This document shows positions 46,994 through 51,038 of a stretch of 51,038 bases of DNA, piece after piece. A model generated the notes under the pieces. That model had not been told where the DNA came from. It made no database searches and saw only the letters and a list, made by a program, of their open reading frames with translations. Position 1 is the stretch's first letter; every line of letters starts with the position of its first letter. Source of the stretch: Fonticula alba ATCC 38817 (lineage: Eukaryota > Protista > Nucleariida); assembly GCA_000388065.2 (NCBI GenBank), contig KB932202.1. One strand, 5' to 3'. The position numbers were made by a program, and so were the translations under genes.

Positions 46994-48429
46994 GCCTTAG
47001 ATGTGAGATATGCAGGGCGCCTGGGGCCGCATCTGCCGGATGCCGGGGGCTGGGTCAAGAGAGAGAGAGGAGAGAGGGAGGAGGGGGGGGGGGAGGGAGA
47101 GATGGAGAGGAGGGTGGTGTCGTGCGATCTGGGCTTGGGGATGCCGACAGGCGCGCTTTTTTTTTTCGGGCTAGGAGGGAGGGGAGGACGGGGGAGAGGA
47201 GCGTGGATACCGCGACCTTGGGGCCGCAGGGGGAAGCGGCGAGGTGGCGCCTGGTGAACCCCTTCATGCTGTGGGATCAAGAGACCGGGCGCCCAGCCGG
47301 TGTGGGATCGTTTCGTCGGGACCCCCGAGGGGCCCAAGGGGATGATTTTACGGACACATTTCCGGCAGGTCAATTTGGGAGATGCACACGACTTCCGGCC
47401 ATCTGGGCCAGCCCTCCGGTCCTGGCACCAGCCAGGCACCCCGCTGCCCCCGCCGCCTCTCTCCCTCCCTCTATTTCTCCCTCTCCCAGTCCCCCCCCGA
47501 TCGGAAGCCTCGTCCGTCTTCCTCCCCCCCCCCCCCCCCCCCCCGCCTCCGTTCCCGCGAGTTAAAGTGCGCGGGCTCGCCTTGGCCGGGGACTCCGGCC
47601 ACCTGCCAGCTCCGTGGAAACTCGGCTGCCCTCTTCCCCCCGACACCACGGAGCACCCGCCCGAAGGGGAGCTTTCTTGCCCAGATGGCCTCTGCGCTCC
47701 GCGAGAATATCACGCTTCCTAAGGGCACCACATGATCCAGTCCCAGCCGTGGGCTGATGATTCCCGACGCACGGCCTCCGGTTGGCGGGAAAGTATGTAT
47801 ATTGGCCCCCGCCCTTGCCCCCGCCCCCGCCCGTGTGCTTGGAGAGAGGGAAGGAGAAAGAGCCCCCAGTAACTGCCCACACGCTTTGCGGCGGCCGCGG
47901 CGGGNNNNNNNNNNCCCCCCCCGCCCCCGATCACCCCCAGATGCAGAGAGGCTGCACGCATCCGCTCGATAGATGGTCTTCCTTTTGTGCTTTGGTCATT
48001 TTCTTTCTTGCAAAGGAGCAGAGGAAGGAGGTATATTCTACGGGGCCGGGCGGCGCCCCCTGCTCCGAACGGCTGAGCCCCTTCGCCGAAAAGGACAGGG
48101 TGGAGTGAGGGCCAGAGGGGAGGGATGTCGCCTCATTCGGGAGAAAGGATGGTAAACTGGATGAGGGGATGGGCGACATACGGGCGGTCGCGCCGGGCAA
48201 GGACAGCAGGTGTTTCACAGCGGCCGGCACACTGGGGTCTAAAGAGGGGGACGTGTGCAGCAGCTCGAGATAAAGCGGGGGAGGAGTGAAGGAGAGGTGG
48301 GTGGTGGGGTGGCGGACGGGGGGGGGGGGGGGGGAGGGGGCGAGACGCGGAAAAGGTCCCAGCATAGCCCCTGACAGCCCCAGAGCCTCCGTCCTGCCAC
48401 TCGCCCCCCGGCATGCATGGGGTCGCGCA

Positions 48430-49771
48430 TCAGTCATCCGCGCGCAGGTGGGTGATCCACCGGCGGGTGAGCTCGTAGGTGGAGAACATGATAGCCGCAT
48501 TGGGGACCACACGCAGCAAATGCGCCCCAAGACCGCCATACATGGAGATGATCCCCTCCTGCTTCAGCATCAGGGAGATGGTGGTCCGGATGTTGGGATA
48601 GGGCGGGGGGAGCCCCGGGGCAAGGGGAGGCTCACGAAGACGCGTGCGAATGACCTCGTGGGGGTAGGTGATGATGGAGGCGACCAACTTGGCGGACGCG
48701 GCGTTGCCGAAGCTCAGAAGATAGGCTAGAGGGGCCGGGCAAGAGGAAGATTGCGGGACACACGTCAGTCAAAGAGCCAAAAGGGGAGGGAGCGGCAGGG
48801 GAAAGCAACGCGCTGCACGGCCGCCGCAAAAGGTATCGGATACATCTCCCTCCCCCTCTCTCTCTCGCTCGCAGTTTGACATACACACACACACACACAC
48901 ACACACGAAGAGACACGCATGCTGACGTACACATCCACTGGGGAACCTCCTGGCCGCTGCGCTTGTCATTGCTACGTTTCTTCAGTGCCTCGTAAATGAC
49001 AAACTGGATGGTGCTCTCCACCACACCAACGTAGCTGATGGCCAGGCCGCGGAAGAGGGCGCGGCCGCCCTCCTCACGCACGACACGGATGGCGCAGTCG
49101 AGGCTGTTCTTGTACACGCGTTTCCCACCGGCGCCCTGAAGTTGCATGCGGGTCTTCACCAGCCAAATGGGCGACGTGGTGGTGGCAACCGTGGCACCGG
49201 CACTGGCGGCAGCCAGCATGTGCACCCAGGAGGAGTCGGTCCCGAGGCCACCGCGTGCGTGCGACAGAGACCCATAGTACAGCTTGAAGGCATCATACGA
49301 GGCGAAGTAGATGGACCGCGCCGGGATGACACCGATCAGCGAGGGGCCGAGTCCGCGCCACAGGGCCGCCGTGCCCTCGGTCCGCTGGATGGTCACCAGC
49401 GCGTGGATGGCCTCGCTGAACTGCTGCCGGAGGAGATTCCCAGTCCGAGCAACCACATTACCATACATGGCTCCGGGAATGGCACCGGTACCGGCAGCGG
49501 CAGCCGCGCGAGCCGTCTGCACCGAGGAGGCGCCCACCATACCGGAGCCGGCCTGCATGCGCGACGACGACTGCAGCCGGGTCTTCACCACCTCCAATGG
49601 GCAGGTGGCCACCGCGCCAGCCAGGCCAGCCATACCACCGGCAATGACATTGGCCACATTGTCAGGAGCCGGCTTGGCAGGGGCGGCGACGACGGCAGCT
49701 GGAGCGGCGACACCGGCCGGCGTGGCGCCTGGCGATGTTGGGGAGCTGGCAGTCGTACTGGGCGCCGACAT
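48430..49771 (-). CDS. RIM2: Mitochondrial pyrimidine nucleotide carrier (Rim2 / SLC25A33-36); 2 exons, ~378 aa
   Basis: Exons 48931-49771 and 48430-48725. Three carrier repeats with signatures CPLEVVKTRLQ, SPIWLVKTRMQLQ and YPHEVIRTRLRE; also LWRGLGPSLIGVIPARSIYF, ESTIQFVIYE and LLRVVPNAAIMFSTYE. Confidence 0.9.
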
Positions 49772-49958
49772 GGGGGTGGCTCGGAAAAGGAGGGAGAGGG
49801 AGGGGGGAGGGGAGGGGGGGGGGGGAGAGGCGACGGGGCTGGGTGGTGGCCGCGAGAGCGCTGGCTACCAGGGCTGATCCGACTTTCAACAGCAAAAGTT
49901 AGCGGCCTTCACAATCAGGTGGGATATTTAAAGGGGGAGGGAGGGGGGGGATTGTCGG

Positions 49959-50053
49959 GTATGTATGTGTGTGTGCGTGTGTGTGCGTGTGTGTGCGTGT
50001 GTGTGCGTGTGTGTGCGTGTGTATGCGCGTGCGTGTGCGTGCATGCGTGCATG
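49959..50053. repeat. 95-bp uninterrupted purine/pyrimidine alternation including (GTGTGCGTGT)x5
   Basis: Read directly; lies upstream of the RIM2 ATG. Confidence 0.85.
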
Positions 50054-51038
50054 AAGTAGGTGCAAGGAGGGCAGGAGCGGAGAGGGAGGGGGAGGGAGGG
50101 GGAAGATGTACAGAGAGTGGGAGGGGCAGGAGGGGCGTAGGGGATCGGGTCTGGCGTTACCGACGACCGCCCCTAAACCGTGCCGGAAGGGGAGGCTGTT
50201 AAGTCCTCCCTACATTCGGTCCTCCCCGCCTCNNNNNNNNNNNNNNNNNNNNNNNNNNNNNNNNNNNNNNNNNNCCTTGCCATACCCAAACATGTGTAGT
50301 GCGGAGGCCCGTTGGCCAGCTTTCCGGGGGGGGGGGGTCGATCCCCCCCCCCGGCTCCGGAGGGATTTCACGATGTGTCAGCCGGGCGCACGTCCGTCCC
50401 TCTGTTCCGTTGTCACCACCTGGCACACGCTCCGACGGCTCGCACCGGAGGCAGGCCCGACTCGGATGCCTCCTCCCGCCCCTCTTCGTCCGGCCGGTAT
50501 CGCGGGCCCTCGCCTTTCCCCGGCAGACCGATCAGTCAGACACGCCCGAAGCCAAGTGGCATGGTGTGTGCCGCATGGGTCGACCTCGCCCCCCCCCCCC
50601 CTCCCAGTCCGCAGACTGGAACCACGTCCGAGATTTCCAGGCTCTTTTTGTTCCCCGGGCCCCGCCTCCCCCCCCCCACTCTCTGTTCCCAGCTCCCGAG
50701 CTACCAGAAGAGCTTCCAAGGCAATCGAGGGCACTCGAAAAAAAGGGACACACCCACGGGGGGCAATGTCGCGCGAAATGCACATAGCACTCTCTCGCCC
50801 CCCCCCCCCTGCTCGCGCCCCGTGGCCGGCAAAGCATCCAAACCCGGGAGTACGCGCGGGCCCGCACCGCTCGCGCTCGCGCTCACGCCCGGTCCCCACC
50901 CGTGAAAGTGTCTCCCGGCCCAATCTGCGCTGTGGTGCGAGCGCGCGGGACCCGACGTTGAAGCCCTGCCTACTTCTCCAAGCGAGACATGCCCCAATCC
51001 GGGAGCGCGAGCGCCGGCAGGCGGGGCCCCTCCCCCGG

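Noticed and set aside
47499-47507. GATCGGAAG, a possible third adapter remnant
   Set aside because: Only 9 nt match and there is no flanking duplication; consistent with chance.
1-51038. CRISPR arrays, tRNA/rRNA genes, transposase or reverse transcriptase genes
   Set aside because: No repeat-spacer periodicity, no T-loop/cloverleaf pattern, no rRNA-like sequence and no DDE/RT motifs seen by eye; N-gaps could not be assessed.

Overview
GC-rich, intron-rich eukaryotic DNA from a draft Illumina assembly, with N-gaps, long G/C homopolymers and two embedded TruSeq adapter remnants. It is not prokaryotic, so the six-frame ORF track is mostly antisense shadow ORFs and poly-G/C noise. Manual splicing with GT-AG introns gives 12 frame-consistent genes: a large helical protein with a C-terminal PIN domain (SMG5/SMG6/Esl-like candidate; partial; -), CCZ1 (-), SLC35C2-like transporter (+), HeH/LEM Src1/LEM2-type inner nuclear membrane protein (+), APIP/MtnB (-), ZPR1 (-), AP-1 mu (+), ceramide synthase (-), ERGIC3/Erv46 (-), a tandem coactosin-like ADF-H protein (-), FIBP (-) and a Rim2/SLC25A33-36 carrier (-). 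Fungal-style features (HeH domain, homeobox-less Lag1, CTRAC branch points) occur alongside FIBP and an SLC35C2-like gene. This suggests a unicellular opisthokont such as Fonticula (inference only). I found no new multi-gene system. The best leads are the PIN nuclease gene, which is absent from the ORF track and broken by an adapter artefact; the two-domain coactosin; the heavily expanded FIBP; long disordered extensions on several conserved proteins; and non-B-DNA-prone tracts next to gene starts. All family assignments come from recalled motifs, not database searches.
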